This document shows positions 9,515-19,908 of a stretch of DNA of 64,000 nt, one piece after another. The notes beneath the pieces are model-generated. The model saw only the letters and a list, made by a program, of their open reading frames with translations, had not been told where the DNA came from and ran no database searches. The translations under genes and the position numbers were made by a program. How positions within the stretch are numbered: position 1 is the first letter of the stretch; each line of letters opens with the position of its first letter. Origin of the DNA: Candidatus Nanohaloarchaea archaeon (lineage in GTDB: Archaea > Nanohalarchaeota > Nanosalinia > Nanosalinales > Nanosalinaceae); the NCBI GenBank assembly GCA_013343275.1, contig CP046106.1, forward strand, positions 640,001-704,000, in the 5' to 3' direction.

Positions 9515-12289
9515 ATGGCCCAAGAATTCGCGGAAGAGCTCAAACAGATCGAAGAAAAATGGCAGAAAAAATGGGAAAAGGAAGGCCTTTACGAGGCCGA
9601 GAAAGACGAAGACCAGGAAAAATGCTACGTACTGGATATGTTTCCATACCCTTCCGGAAAAATGCACATGGGCCACGGTCGCGCATTCTCTCTAGCTGAC
9701 GCATACGCTCGTTACAAGTCAATGCAGGGCTTCAATGTCATGCATCCGATGGGCTGGGACGCATTCGGCATGCCAGCGGAGAACGCAGCAATTGACAGAA
9801 ACGTTGATCCAGGAGAGTGGACTTTCGACTGTATCAGCGACATGAAAGAAGAGTTCAAACGACTAGGTTTCTCACTTGACTGGAGCCGTGAAGTAACAAC
9901 CTGTAAACCAGAATACTACAAATGGGACCAGTGGATCTTCCAGAAAATGCTGGAAGAAGGCCTAGCATACAGAGACGAGGCAGAAGTCAACTGGTGCCCA
10001 AGCTGCGAGACTGTTCTCGCCGACGAGCAGGTTGAGGACGGCCTGTGCTGGAGATGTGACACCGTAGTCGAGAACAAAGACATGAAGCAGTGGAAGCTCG
10101 GAATCACAGAGTATGCTGACGAACTTCTTGAAGATCTTGAACAGCTTGATGGATGGCCTGACAAAGTCAGAAAGATGCAGCACGACTGGATCGGAAAAAG
10201 CACAGGCGCAGAAATCAACTTCCCGGTCAAAGATGGCGGAGAACTCGAAGTATTCACCACAAGGCCTGATACTATCTTCGGAGCAACATTCATGGCTCTG
10301 GCGCCGGAACACAAGCTGGCTGAAGAAGTAGCGGAAGAAAATAATGATGTAGCAGATTATATCGAAGAGGCCAAGAAGAAAGACGATGAAGAACGCGAGG
10401 AGAAATCCAAGGCAGGAGTATTTACAGGAAGATATGCAGAAAATCCTGTAACAGGCGAAGAAATCCCTATTTACGTAGCAGAGTTCGTTCTTCCAGACTA
10501 CGGTACTGGAGCAATCATGGCCGTTCCTGCACACGACCAGAGAGACTTTGAATTTGCACAGGAGCACGGAATAGAAATACAGAAAGTTGTAGAACCAGAA
10601 GGAGACCACAGTTTCCAGGAAGAGGCCTACGAAGGAGACGGCGACCACGTAAACTCGGAGTTCCTTAACGGCCTCGATAAGGACGAGGGAATAGAAAAGA
10701 TAATTGAATACCTCGAAGATGAAGGACTCGGAGAGGAAGACGTTAACTACAAGCTACGTGACTGGCTGATCTCACGACAGCGCTACTGGGGAACACCGAT
10801 CCCTGTTATCTACTGTGATGAATGCGGCACAGTACCGGTTCCTGAAGAAGATCTTCCTGTCGAGCTACCGGAAGACGTGGAGTTCACAGGCCAAGGTAAC
10901 CCTATGAAGACTTCAGATCATTTCGAGCATACAGAATGTCCTGAATGTGGAGAAGAGGCCCGAAGAGAGACCGACACGATGGATACATTCATCAACTCTT
11001 CTTGGTACTTCCTCAGATACTGTTCACCAGATTTTGAGGAAGCTCCTTTCGATGAAGAGAAGGCCAACTACTGGATGAACGTAGATCAGTACGTCGGTGG
11101 TGTAGAGCACGCAGTAATGCACCTTCTCTATGCAAGATTCTTCCAGAAATTCCTCAGAGACGAAGGTCTTGTTGAAGAAGATGAGCCTTTCGAAAAACTC
11201 TTGACACAAGGGATGGTCAACCATCCAGCCTACAAATGCCCTGAACACGGCTGGCTTTATCCTGAAGAAGTAGAAAATCAGGAAACCTGCAGTAAATGCG
11301 GGAAAGAGGTCGAGACAGAGATGATGAAGATGAGCAAGTCGAAGAACAACGTCGTCAGGCCTTCAGAACTTGTTGAACGTCACGGGGCAGACACAGCCAG
11401 GCTTTTCATCCTCAGGGCCTCACACCCTACTAAAGAACTCGACTGGTCAAAGGACGGAGTAAAGGCCTCAGAAGAAATGCTTGAAAGGATCAACCGGCTT
11501 ATAACAGAAAATGAAGAACTGATCGCAGAAGAAGATGCAAGTCTCGAGGATTCAGACCTTCAGGATAGGATTGTCTCGAGCAGAATTCAGAGAGCAAAGG
11601 AGAAAGCCACAGAGTATATAGAAAATTACGAGTTCAATCTTGCCGCTGGAGAAGCTGACAAACTGTTGACAAAGCTTTACTGGTACAAACAGAGAAATCC
11701 AGACCCTGCAATCTTCACGCACGGAGTAGAAACACTTGTCAAGCTCATCGCGCCTTTCTCCCCTCACCTTGCGGACGAATTATGGAGAGATCTAGGAAAC
11801 GATGAATACCTATGGAACGGAGAATGGCCTGAAGTAGATGAACAGCTGCTTGATGAACAGGCCGAGAGAATCGACGAGTACTTTGACAGAGTATCCAGCG
11901 ATATAAGAGATATTGAGGAAATGATCGACGGCGAACCTGAAAAGGTCAAGATTATACAGGCTGCTGACTGGAAGTACGAGGCCTTCTCCAGTATTATCGA
12001 TAACCTGGAGCTTAGAGATGTCGGAGATATCATGGATGAAGTTCTCAACGGCGAACTGAAGCAGCACGCACAGGACATCAACCAGATGGTTGTGGAGGCC
12101 GTTGAAAATCCTGGCAAGTTCCAGGAACAGTTCATGAAGAAGGCTGCTGAGACTGATGCTCTTGGAGAAAACGTTGGGCGATGGGCCGAGGAGTTCGACG
12201 CCGAGATCGAGGTTGAGACAGAAGACGAGTCCTCAGAAGAAAAAGCCTCCAGAGCTGAGCCAGGAAGGCCTGCAATAGTGATAGAATGA
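9515..12289 (+). CDS. leuS: Leucine--tRNA ligase
   Basis: MFPYPSG.MHMGH, TTRPDT editing motif, KMSKS. Confidence 0.97.
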   Translation: MAQEFAEELKQIEEKWQKKWEKEGLYEAEKDEDQEKCYVLDMFPYPSGKMHMGHGRAFSLADAYARYKSMQGFNVMHPMGWDAFGMPAENAAIDRNVDPGEWTFDCISDMKEEFKRLGFSLDWSREVTTCKPEYYKWDQWIFQKMLEEGLAYRDEAEVNWCPSCETVLADEQVEDGLCWRCDTVVENKDMKQWKLGITEYADELLEDLEQLDGWPDKVRKMQHDWIGKSTGAEINFPVKDGGELEVFTTRPDTIFGATFMALAPEHKLAEEVAEENNDVADYIEEAKKKDDEEREEKSKAGVFTGRYAENPVTGEEIPIYVAEFVLPDYGTGAIMAVPAHDQRDFEFAQEHGIEIQKVVEPEGDHSFQEEAYEGDGDHVNSEFLNGLDKDEGIEKIIEYLEDEGLGEEDVNYKLRDWLISRQRYWGTPIPVIYCDECGTVPVPEEDLPVELPEDVEFTGQGNPMKTSDHFEHTECPECGEEARRETDTMDTFINSSWYFLRYCSPDFEEAPFDEEKANYWMNVDQYVGGVEHAVMHLLYARFFQKFLRDEGLVEEDEPFEKLLTQGMVNHPAYKCPEHGWLYPEEVENQETCSKCGKEVETEMMKMSKSKNNVVRPSELVERHGADTARLFILRASHPTKELDWSKDGVKASEEMLERINRLITENEELIAEEDASLEDSDLQDRIVSSRIQRAKEKATEYIENYEFNLAAGEADKLLTKLYWYKQRNPDPAIFTHGVETLVKLIAPFSPHLADELWRDLGNDEYLWNGEWPEVDEQLLDEQAERIDEYFDRVSSDIRDIEEMIDGEPEKVKIIQAADWKYEAFSSIIDNLELRDVGDIMDEVLNGELKQHAQDINQMVVEAVENPGKFQEQFMKKAAETDALGENVGRWAEEFDAEIEVETEDESSEEKASRAEPGRPAIVIE

Positions 12290-12921
12290 GCGTAGCAATA
12301 TTCTTCGACCTAGATGGAACCTTGATAACCTATCCCGAGGATTTCCGGACGCTTTTTGAAGAATCTATCGGATCCACAGTGTCCGACGAAGTTTTCGATC
12401 TATATGTAGACAAACTCTTCCAGAGTATAGAGAATCTTGAAGACTCACCATACCAGAAAGCGTTTAGGGAGGCAGAAAAGGTCTCCGACATAAGCTTTGA
12501 CGCAGATAAGGCAGCAGAAAAATATATTGAGATAGAACTTAATGCTACAGAACTAAATCAAAACCTGTACAACCTCATGAAGAAGCTTTCCGAAGAACAT
12601 AGTGTAGGAATTCTCACCAACGGAGAAGGCAGGGTACAGAAAAAGAAAGTGAAAAAACACGAGATATCAGACGTAGCCGACGACATAATAATTTCTAATG
12701 AAGTAGGTAGCAGAAAGCCAGACCAGGAGATTTTCCAGATAGCAAAAGACAGGTTACAGGCCGATAATTACATTTACATTGGAGATACCTATGAAGAAGA
12801 CATAGAACCAGCAAAAGAAGCAGGGTTCAAAACTATATACATCTCAGGAGAAAACGAGGCAGATTTACAGGCTCGAAATCCGAACTCTCTAGCCAATTTA
12901 CTGAATCTTCTCCTGGACTAA
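12286..12921 (+). CDS. HAD-superfamily hydrolase
   Basis: FDLDGTL, LTNG, KPD, IGD...D. Confidence 0.9.
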   Translation: MSVAIFFDLDGTLITYPEDFRTLFEESIGSTVSDEVFDLYVDKLFQSIENLEDSPYQKAFREAEKVSDISFDADKAAEKYIEIELNATELNQNLYNLMKKLSEEHSVGILTNGEGRVQKKKVKKHEISDVADDIIISNEVGSRKPDQEIFQIAKDRLQADNYIYIGDTYEEDIEPAKEAGFKTIYISGENEADLQARNPNSLANLLNLLLD

Positions 12922-12924
12922 CTT

Positions 12925-13194
12925 CTAGTATTTCTTCAGGCTTTCTTCCAGGTTCTCGCTGAGGTGTTTGTCTACGTCGACGTCGGCCTCTATTTCCTGC
13001 AGGGCCTTCCTCTGTGCGCGAGCCATCTTCTCTATTTTTTCAAGTCTGCGGTTCATGACTGCCATTGCGACCCATATCTGGCCTATGGATACATTTTCTG
13101 CCTGTGTGTATACGTCTTCGTGCCGGTCTACTGATCTGAGAAGTGACTGCAGAGAGTTCTTTAACTTGGAGGGAAGTTCTTTTCTCCAGCTCAT
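12925..13194 (-). CDS. Hypothetical helical protein
   Basis: 89-aa ORF filling the gap; ATG with upstream TTAAAG box. Confidence 0.6.
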   Translation of the reverse strand: MSWRKELPSKLKNSLQSLLRSVDRHEDVYTQAENVSIGQIWVAMAVMNRRLEKIEKMARAQRKALQEIEADVDVDKHLSENLEESLKKY

Positions 13195-13285
13195 GGAACG
13201 ATTTTTCGTATAGAAATCTTTTAACGATGTCTGGAGCGGTGGAAGTTTTAATGGTTTACAAGCAGTTACTTTCTGTGAATTAACA

Positions 13286-13933
13286 ATGGAAAAAGGAGAT
13301 CTAGTTCTAGTTGACTATGTAGGCCGTGCGAACGGAGAAATATTCGACCTTTCAAACAAGGAAAAAGCAGAGGAAGAAGGCCTTGACACCAGCCAGATGG
13401 AGTTCGAACCAGTACCTGTACTGGTTGGAGAGGAGTACGTTATCCCTGGATTCGAGGAAGCAGTAAAGGATATGGAAGTAGGAGAGGAGAAAGAGTTCGA
13501 AGTCTCTCCTGAGAAAGGTTACGGCGAGAGAAAGTCTGAAGATATCGAAACCTACCCTGAGAAAGAGTTCAACAAGCAGGACGTAAATGTCAGTGTCGGC
13601 GACACACTGATGGTAGGACGCAGACAGGGCCGCGTAATTTCCAAAGGATCAGGTCGCGTAAGAATCGATTTCAACCACCCTCTTGCAGGCAAAGAACTTG
13701 ACTACTGGGTAAAAGTAGTTGAGAAAGTCGAGGACGACGAGGAGAAGGCCCGTACAATCTTCGACTACAGACTGGGCCACGGAGAAATCGAGTTCGACGG
13801 AGAAAAAGTAACTATTGTCCACGAGCACGACGAAGAAGGCCATCAGCACGAACTACCTGAGCAGCTGAAGGACGCGATCAGCAGAGAGATCACGGAATAC
13901 ACGAAGTACGAGAACGTCGAGTTCGACGAGTAG
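13286..13933 (+). CDS. slyD: FKBP-type peptidyl-prolyl isomerase (SlyD-like)
   Basis: IPGFEE, DFNHPLAGK, His-rich HEHDEEGHQHE. Confidence 0.93.
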   Translation: MEKGDLVLVDYVGRANGEIFDLSNKEKAEEEGLDTSQMEFEPVPVLVGEEYVIPGFEEAVKDMEVGEEKEFEVSPEKGYGERKSEDIETYPEKEFNKQDVNVSVGDTLMVGRRQGRVISKGSGRVRIDFNHPLAGKELDYWVKVVEKVEDDEEKARTIFDYRLGHGEIEFDGEKVTIVHEHDEEGHQHELPEQLKDAISREITEYTKYENVEFDE

Positions 13934-14035
13934 AATTTTCCAGTAGTTAAACTTCTGGCCGGGTTTTCTCCGGCCTTCAGCCATTTTTATATACGTTGGT
14001 GATTACTTCTTATACATAACAAGAGTGGTCGCAAG

Positions 14036-15148
14036 ATGGAAGATCAGATCGAACAGGCAAAGAGAAACGACGAAGGCGGAGTACCTCAATCAAGTCAGAA
14101 AAGCCACGACATCGACGAAGAACTCGAAAACTTGATAGAGCAGAGAAAAGCTGACATCAAGGTTATCGGAACAGGAGGAGCAGGAAACAATACTATTTCC
14201 CGCCTCGTAGACGTTGGAATCGAAGGATGCGACACAGTCGCAATGAACACCGACGCACAGGATCTTCTATACGCAAACGCTGACCAGAAAGTACTGATCG
14301 GAAAAGAACTTACACAGGGCCTCGGAGCAGGAGCCGATCCAAAAGTAGGAGAGGAATCCGCAAAAGAGTCCCAACAAAAGATCAAGGAACAGGTCAAAGG
14401 AAGCGACATGGTATTCATCACCTGCGGCCTCGGAGGAGGAACAGGAACCGGATCAGCACACGTAATCGCAGAACAGGCCAAAAAAGAAGGCGCACTAACA
14501 GTCGGAATCGTAACACTGCCATTCGAAATGGAAGGAACTTCTCGTCAGGAAAACGCAGAATACGGCCTAGAACGGTTGGAAGAAGTAGTCGACACACTAA
14601 TCGTAATTCCAAACGACAAGCTCCTCGAAATCGTTCCAGACGTATCGCTTAACACAGCATTCAAGATTGCAGATGAAATACTTGTAAACGCAGTCAAAGG
14701 CGTAACAGAACTTGTCACCAAACCAGGCCTAGTCAACCTCGACTTCGCAGACATCCGCGCAGTCATGGGAGAAGGAGGGATCGCAATGATCGGAATGGGC
14801 CAATCCGATACAGACTCCAGAGCAAACGAAGCAGTGCAGAAAGCACTATCCAACCCTCTACTCGACGTAGACATCGCAGGTGGAGAAGGAGCACTCGTAA
14901 ACGTAACAGGAGGATCATCACTATCCCTCAACGAAGCCCAGGAAGTTGTCAACACAGTTTCAGGAAAGCTTGATGACTCTGCAAAGATCATCTGGGGAGC
15001 ACAGGTCAGAGAAGACATGAGCGACGCACTCCAGGCTATGATCATAGTCACAGGAGTCGACAGTCCTCAGATCTACGGGCCCGACAACACGCATCAGGAC
15101 GAGTACGAGGAAGAGATCGAGCAGGAGCTTGGCGTAGAGTTTATCTAG
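14036..15148 (+). CDS. ftsZ: Cell division protein FtsZ
   Basis: GGAGNN, GGGTGTG, NLDFAD. Confidence 0.98.
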   Translation: MEDQIEQAKRNDEGGVPQSSQKSHDIDEELENLIEQRKADIKVIGTGGAGNNTISRLVDVGIEGCDTVAMNTDAQDLLYANADQKVLIGKELTQGLGAGADPKVGEESAKESQQKIKEQVKGSDMVFITCGLGGGTGTGSAHVIAEQAKKEGALTVGIVTLPFEMEGTSRQENAEYGLERLEEVVDTLIVIPNDKLLEIVPDVSLNTAFKIADEILVNAVKGVTELVTKPGLVNLDFADIRAVMGEGGIAMIGMGQSDTDSRANEAVQKALSNPLLDVDIAGGEGALVNVTGGSSLSLNEAQEVVNTVSGKLDDSAKIIWGAQVREDMSDALQAMIIVTGVDSPQIYGPDNTHQDEYEEEIEQELGVEFI

Positions 15149-15169
15149 AAGCCAAGGCCTTCTCACAGA

Positions 15170-15195
15170 ATTCTTTTTCTTTTCTCCTTTAATTT
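15170..15195 (+). terminator. T-rich terminator after ftsZ
   Basis: TTCTTTTTTCTTTCTCCTTT. Confidence 0.55.
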
Positions 15196-15245
15196 CAGCC
15201 AGCAAAGACAGTATAATTTTAAACAGCAATCCGAAATAGCTACCT

Positions 15246-15740
15246 ATGAAGCCTGATGCCTTGAGAGGTACCTTCGCTCGGCTCTGGGAAGGCCTGTTTC
15301 TATCGGTTGCCGACAATATCTCGGTTTTCTCAATCAGCGATGCAAGATTTCCGCCGTACTTCTTCCGGTTGATGTTGGTCGCGGCCGTACCAATATTTTT
15401 CCTGGCAGGTTACCGTCCTACAAACCCTATTCTACAGCTGCTGGCACTGGTTTCAATACTAGGCGTTGTCATTTCTATTCCTATAGCAACCTATCTCAGC
15501 CTGAAGAAAAAGGAATACACGCTTCAAGGATCGGAGGTAAGAGAGGTAGAGACATTTCTTGGTAGAAATGAGTCATCAGTAAACCTAAGCGAGGTAGGAG
15601 ACGCCTATATAAGCGAAGGAGTTATAGGCCGCATTTTAGGTGTCGGAAAGGTTTGTCTGACTACTGATGAAGGCATTTTCCAGATAGATTACGTTAAAGA
15701 TCCTGAGCAGGTAAAGGCTGATATCAAAAGAGCGCTATAG
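15246..15740 (+). CDS. Membrane protein with bacterial-PH-like domain
   Basis: Two TM segments followed by Y....R...FLGR...V.L..V......I.RILGVG pattern. Confidence 0.65.
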   Translation: MKPDALRGTFARLWEGLFLSVADNISVFSISDARFPPYFFRLMLVAAVPIFFLAGYRPTNPILQLLALVSILGVVISIPIATYLSLKKKEYTLQGSEVREVETFLGRNESSVNLSEVGDAYISEGVIGRILGVGKVCLTTDEGIFQIDYVKDPEQVKADIKRAL

Positions 15741-15878
15741 ATCACGCTACATTTGTCTTTTAAATCTTGTCTTCTATCTCTGTTTTAGTATCGCCCGTAT
15801 GGACCAGCTTTGCTGGGAGGGAGGCCAAGTCTTTTTGGACTAGTTCTCTCTAAATACGGGTATAGGTGTAATTTAGCC

Positions 15879-16079
15879 ATGGAACTAAACCCCGGAGAAT
15901 GGAAGCAGCATGCAGTAGATAAGCTTAGAGAGTACCGTAGAGTGCTCAAGATATCTGAGAAACCTGATAGAGAAGAGTTCGAGATGAGCGCCAAGGTTAC
16001 CGGCGCCGGAATGATCATCATCGGGCTGATAGGTTTCGTGTTCTACCTGCTTTCAAACCTGATTCCGAACTACCTGTGA
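15879..16079 (+). CDS. secE: Protein translocase SecE/Sec61 gamma
   Basis: EYRRVLKISEKPDREEF plus TM helix; ATG at 15879. Confidence 0.92.
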   Translation: MELNPGEWKQHAVDKLREYRRVLKISEKPDREEFEMSAKVTGAGMIIIGLIGFVFYLLSNLIPNYL

Positions 16080-16085
16080 TCTACA

Positions 16086-16523
16086 ATGATACTTACCGCA
16101 AGAACGACAAGAGGCCGTGAGAAGACCGCAATAAACTCTCTGGAAAGCAAAGTTAAAGGCAAAGATATAGATGTAAGAGCGGTTTTCCATCCAGAAGACC
16201 TCCAGGGATATATCTTCATCGAAGGAAACGAGGCCGATATCAGGACACTCGCGAACGATACCCGAAATATCAACGGGATCATCGATGAAGAAGTAGAGGT
16301 TGACGAGATCGAGAAATACCTGAGCGAAGAACAGGAAGAGATCAAGATCGAGGAAGGAGACGTCGTAGAAGTAATCGGCGGGCCTTTCAAAGGCGAAGAA
16401 GCTAAAATCAACAGGGTTGACGAAACCAACAGAGAAGTCACCATCGAACTTATCGACGCAGCAGTACCGATCCCTACAACAGTCGACGCAGACATGGTGC
16501 GGAAGAAAGCTCAGCAAGACTAA
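16086..16523 (+). CDS. spt5: Transcription elongation factor Spt5/NusG
   Basis: GYIFIE, KOW motif GDVVEVIGGPFKG. Confidence 0.95.
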   Translation: MILTARTTRGREKTAINSLESKVKGKDIDVRAVFHPEDLQGYIFIEGNEADIRTLANDTRNINGIIDEEVEVDEIEKYLSEEQEEIKIEEGDVVEVIGGPFKGEEAKINRVDETNREVTIELIDAAVPIPTTVDADMVRKKAQQD

Positions 16524-16562
16524 AACAATACTATCTAGCTAAAAATCTAGAGTGATCAATTT

Positions 16563-17060
16563 ATGGGAGACAAAAAAACGATTTCGACACTAGTCGAGGG
16601 TGGATCTGCATCAGCAGGCCCTCCGCTAGGACCAGAACTTGGGCCTCTACCAACTGACGTTGGAGAGGTTGTAAAATCAATTAACGAAGAAACAGCAGAC
16701 TTCCAGGGAATGGAGGTTCCTGTTGACGTCATCATCGACGAAGAAACAGGCGACTTCGAGATAGAAGTCGGAAAGCCACCAGCAGCAGTCCTGATCAAGG
16801 ATGAACTGGGTATCGAGTCCGGGTCCGGTGAGCCTAACAAGAACAAGGTTGCCGACATGGACTTCGAGACAGCTTGCAAAGTTGCAAGAATGAAGGCCTC
16901 CGACCTGCTTGCAATGGATCTACGCGGAGCTGTAAAGGAGATTATCGGAACAGCTCACTCAATGGGAGTTACCATTGACGGTAAAGACGCGTACGACGTT
17001 GCACAGGAAATCGACGAAGGAAAATACGACGACAAACTGGAAGCAGAGGAAGGAATTTAG
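16563..17060 (+). CDS. rpl11: 50S ribosomal protein L11
   Basis: GPPLGPELGP, KEIIGTAHSMG. Confidence 0.96.
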   Translation: MGDKKTISTLVEGGSASAGPPLGPELGPLPTDVGEVVKSINEETADFQGMEVPVDVIIDEETGDFEIEVGKPPAAVLIKDELGIESGSGEPNKNKVADMDFETACKVARMKASDLLAMDLRGAVKEIIGTAHSMGVTIDGKDAYDVAQEIDEGKYDDKLEAEEGI

Positions 17061-17072
17061 AGGTGAACAAGA

Positions 17073-17699
17073 ATGAACTTTGAAGACGCAGTTAACGAAG
17101 CCGTTGAACAGGCAGAGGAAAGAGGCTTTACAGAAAGTATCGATCTAATAATTAACTTTACAGGCCTTGATCTTTCAGATCCTGACAACAGATTCAACGA
17201 GGACTTCAAGCTTCCTTTCCAGGCTGACGAAGATGTAAAAGTTGCAGTCATCGGAGATACTCTTGCGAAGAATGCAGAAAATGCCGATCTGGAGATTACA
17301 GAGGACGAGCTTGAGGAAGAATACTTTGACAACCCTAAGAACGCAAAAGATCTTGCAGACGAGTACTCGTTCCTGATTGCTGAGGCGCCACTGATGCCTA
17401 AGATTGGTTCTCAGCTGGGACAGGTGTTCGGACCGCGCAATATGATGCCGGATCCAATGCCTCCAGGAAGCGATCCTACAGACGAGATCGAGGACTTGAG
17501 GAACACAGTTACTCTCAGACTTCGTGAAGATCCTTTGATGCAGATCAAGATTGGTAACGAGGACAGAGATCTGGAAGAGGCCGCAAGGAACGCATCCGCA
17601 GTCTACGATTTCGTGGAGAGCCAGCTTCCTCAGGGCCAGAACAACATCAAATCCGTACTGATAAAGACCACTATGGGTCCTACAGTGGAGGTGAATTAA
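17073..17699 (+). CDS. rpl1: 50S ribosomal protein L1
   Basis: FTESIDL, GPRNMMP, KTTMGP. Confidence 0.96.
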   Translation: MNFEDAVNEAVEQAEERGFTESIDLIINFTGLDLSDPDNRFNEDFKLPFQADEDVKVAVIGDTLAKNAENADLEITEDELEEEYFDNPKNAKDLADEYSFLIAEAPLMPKIGSQLGQVFGPRNMMPDPMPPGSDPTDEIEDLRNTVTLRLREDPLMQIKIGNEDRDLEEAARNASAVYDFVESQLPQGQNNIKSVLIKTTMGPTVEVN

Positions 17700-17700
17700 G

Positions 17701-18726
17701 ATGGTGCAGCCAAAGCCGAAGAAACTCTCACGAGAAGAGAAAGAACAGAAGGTTGAGTACTTCAAGGAAGAGATCGAATCGAATCCAGTAATCGGGATCC
17801 TGGACATGCACAACCTTCCGGCGAAGCAGCTCCAGCAGATCAAGAAAGAGATGAAGGAGTTCGCGAAGGTTCGAATGTCTCGAAAGACCTTGATGGAGAT
17901 CGCCATCGAGAAAGCAGATAAAGAGGATATCGAACAGCTGGAAGACAACGATGCAATCCAGCCAGCATTCATCTTCTCAGAGAAAGATCCTTTCCAGCTC
18001 TACTCACTGATCAAACAGAACAAGACCAGTGCAGCAGCTCAGGGAGGAGAAACCGCACCGAACGATATCGAAGTCCCTGACGGAGACACAGGAATCGGGC
18101 CAGGACCAATGCTTGGAAAACTCCAGCAGAGAGGCCTACAGGTGCAGGTCCAGGAAGGTTCCATCCACGTACAGGAACCAGGCGTCATCATCGAGAAAGG
18201 AGAGGAAATCACTGCAGACGATGCAGAAATCCTCAACCAGCTCGGAATCGAACCACTGGAAATCGGACTCGACCTGGACGTAGCATACAGCGAAGGAGAA
18301 CTGTTCACAGCTGACGAACTAGACATCGACACAGAACAGTACAGAACAGATGTCAAATCCGCAGCAAGCGGAGCATTCAACCTCGCAGTCAACGCAGGAA
18401 TCGTCAACGAGACAACCTCAGAGACACTCGTCCAGCAGGCAGTCCGCAAAGCCAAGAACCTGGCAACAAGCGAAGGCCTACCAGTCGAAGAAACAATCGA
18501 AGAAGCACTGGCCTACGCCAAATCCAACGCAGACGGCCTCGACTCCCAGGTAGACCTCGAATCAGTCGACCTAGAAGAAGGAGATGAAGAATCTTCCGAG
18601 GAGCAATCTTCCGAAGAGGAGGACACAGAAGAAGAGACAGAGACTGAAGAGGAAGACACCGAATCCGAAGAGGGATCGGAAGAGTCAGAAGAATCTGAAG
18701 AAGATTCGGACAAGGAAGAGGAATAA
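17701..18726 (+). CDS. rpl10: 50S ribosomal protein L10 (P0)
   Basis: GDTGIGPGP, LGIEP, long acidic tail. Confidence 0.95.
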   Translation: MVQPKPKKLSREEKEQKVEYFKEEIESNPVIGILDMHNLPAKQLQQIKKEMKEFAKVRMSRKTLMEIAIEKADKEDIEQLEDNDAIQPAFIFSEKDPFQLYSLIKQNKTSAAAQGGETAPNDIEVPDGDTGIGPGPMLGKLQQRGLQVQVQEGSIHVQEPGVIIEKGEEITADDAEILNQLGIEPLEIGLDLDVAYSEGELFTADELDIDTEQYRTDVKSAASGAFNLAVNAGIVNETTSETLVQQAVRKAKNLATSEGLPVEETIEEALAYAKSNADGLDSQVDLESVDLEEGDEESSEEQSSEEEDTEEETETEEEDTESEEGSEESEESEEDSDKEEE

Positions 18727-18761
18727 ATTCCTCTTACCCTACTTTTTCCTTCTAAATTTTC

Positions 18762-19466
18762 TTAACCTACTAAATTTCTGACTTTACTTGATTCTTCAGC
18801 AATCAATTCCTGAATTTTTTCCTTATCTCCACGGGCCAGCGCCAGATCAAAGGTCTTGCTGCGTGAGTAAAGTTCTGCATCGAACTCTTCAGCAGGAATT
18901 TCTCTATCGGAGGCCTTTACTTTTTCATCGGAAATCTCCCCTTCTTCATCTACAAGAGCAGAAAATTCTCTATCGAACTCAAGGCTTGAGAGTACTCTAT
19001 GCGAGTACTTCGAGTATCGGACTTCGTAGCGGCCTTCACGGTTGTAGAAGCTCTGTTCTACACCTATTTTTTCCAGCAGATCGATGAATCTCGAGGCCAG
19101 AGATTTCTCATCTGTAATATAGACCGGTGTGCCTTTTCGATTAACTGTTACCGAGGCCTCTACCCGAGTCAGAAGCTCTTCATCTATTTCGACCGGCAGA
19201 TCTATTTCCCAGACCTTTCCCCGGCCTTTACCTTTCACAGCGGAAATTTCCGGAGGGTTCTGTCCCATCAACCTTCGAATGAAGCTTATCGGCATGAATG
19301 AGTTTTTGGATCGCCAGTTGTACATTTTCGAGCTGGAGAAGTCGAATGCCTCCGAAAGCTGTTTGACTCCACCGAATTCGTCTACCCTGTGCCAGAGATC
19401 TTCGCGGCCTTTCTCCGTCAGCTTCACTCGGGTCTGATCTGGCAGATCCTCGAACTTCAATCTCAT
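18762..19466 (-). CDS. Hypothetical protein with HTH and possible degenerate LAGLIDADG-like region
   Basis: 234-aa ORF; GGVKQLSEAFDFSSSKMYNW is HTH-like; YITDEKSLASRFIDLLEKIG...YEVR resembles DOD endonuclease blocks. Confidence 0.55.
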   Translation of the reverse strand: MRLKFEDLPDQTRVKLTEKGREDLWHRVDEFGGVKQLSEAFDFSSSKMYNWRSKNSFMPISFIRRLMGQNPPEISAVKGKGRGKVWEIDLPVEIDEELLTRVEASVTVNRKGTPVYITDEKSLASRFIDLLEKIGVEQSFYNREGRYEVRYSKYSHRVLSSLEFDREFSALVDEEGEISDEKVKASDREIPAEEFDAELYSRSKTFDLALARGDKEKIQELIAEESSKVRNLVG

Positions 19467-19536
19467 TTGTATTCAATTATGCAGGAGAGGTTTTTAAGGG
19501 TTGGTCTCCGATACTGAGGTATTGGTGAATTAATTA

Positions 19537-19851
19537 ATGGAACTAGTTTACGCAGCACTGGCACTACACGAAGCTGGAAAAGAAGTTAACGAAGACAATC
19601 TACAGGACATTGTAGATGCAGCAGGTCTTGACATCGAAGATACTGAGATCAAGGCTCTAGTTGCAGCACTGGAAGACGTCGACATTGAAGAGGCAATGGA
19701 GACAGCTGTCGCTACAGGCGCAGCACCAGCAGCATCAGAATCCGCAGAAGAAGGCGGAGAAGAAGCAGCTGAAGAAGAGGAAGAGGAAGCCGAAGAAGAG
19801 GACGAATCTTCCGAAGAGGAAGCTGCTGAAGGCCTAGGATCAATGTTCTAA
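19537..19851 (+). CDS. rpl12: 50S ribosomal protein L12 (P1)
   Basis: [11 protein letters not shown]...GLGSMF. Confidence 0.96.
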   Translation: MELVYAALALHEAGKEVNEDNLQDIVDAAGLDIEDTEIKALVAALEDVDIEEAMETAVATGAAPAASESAEEGGEEAAEEEEEEAEEEDESSEEEAAEGLGSMF

Positions 19852-19908
19852 AGGCCTTTCAGGCCTACCATTTCTTTTTTATTAATTTAACGCATATCTC
19901 TTTCTACA

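Noticed and set aside
18575-18723. GAA/GAG-rich repeat
   Set aside because: Encodes the normal acidic tail of L10/P0.
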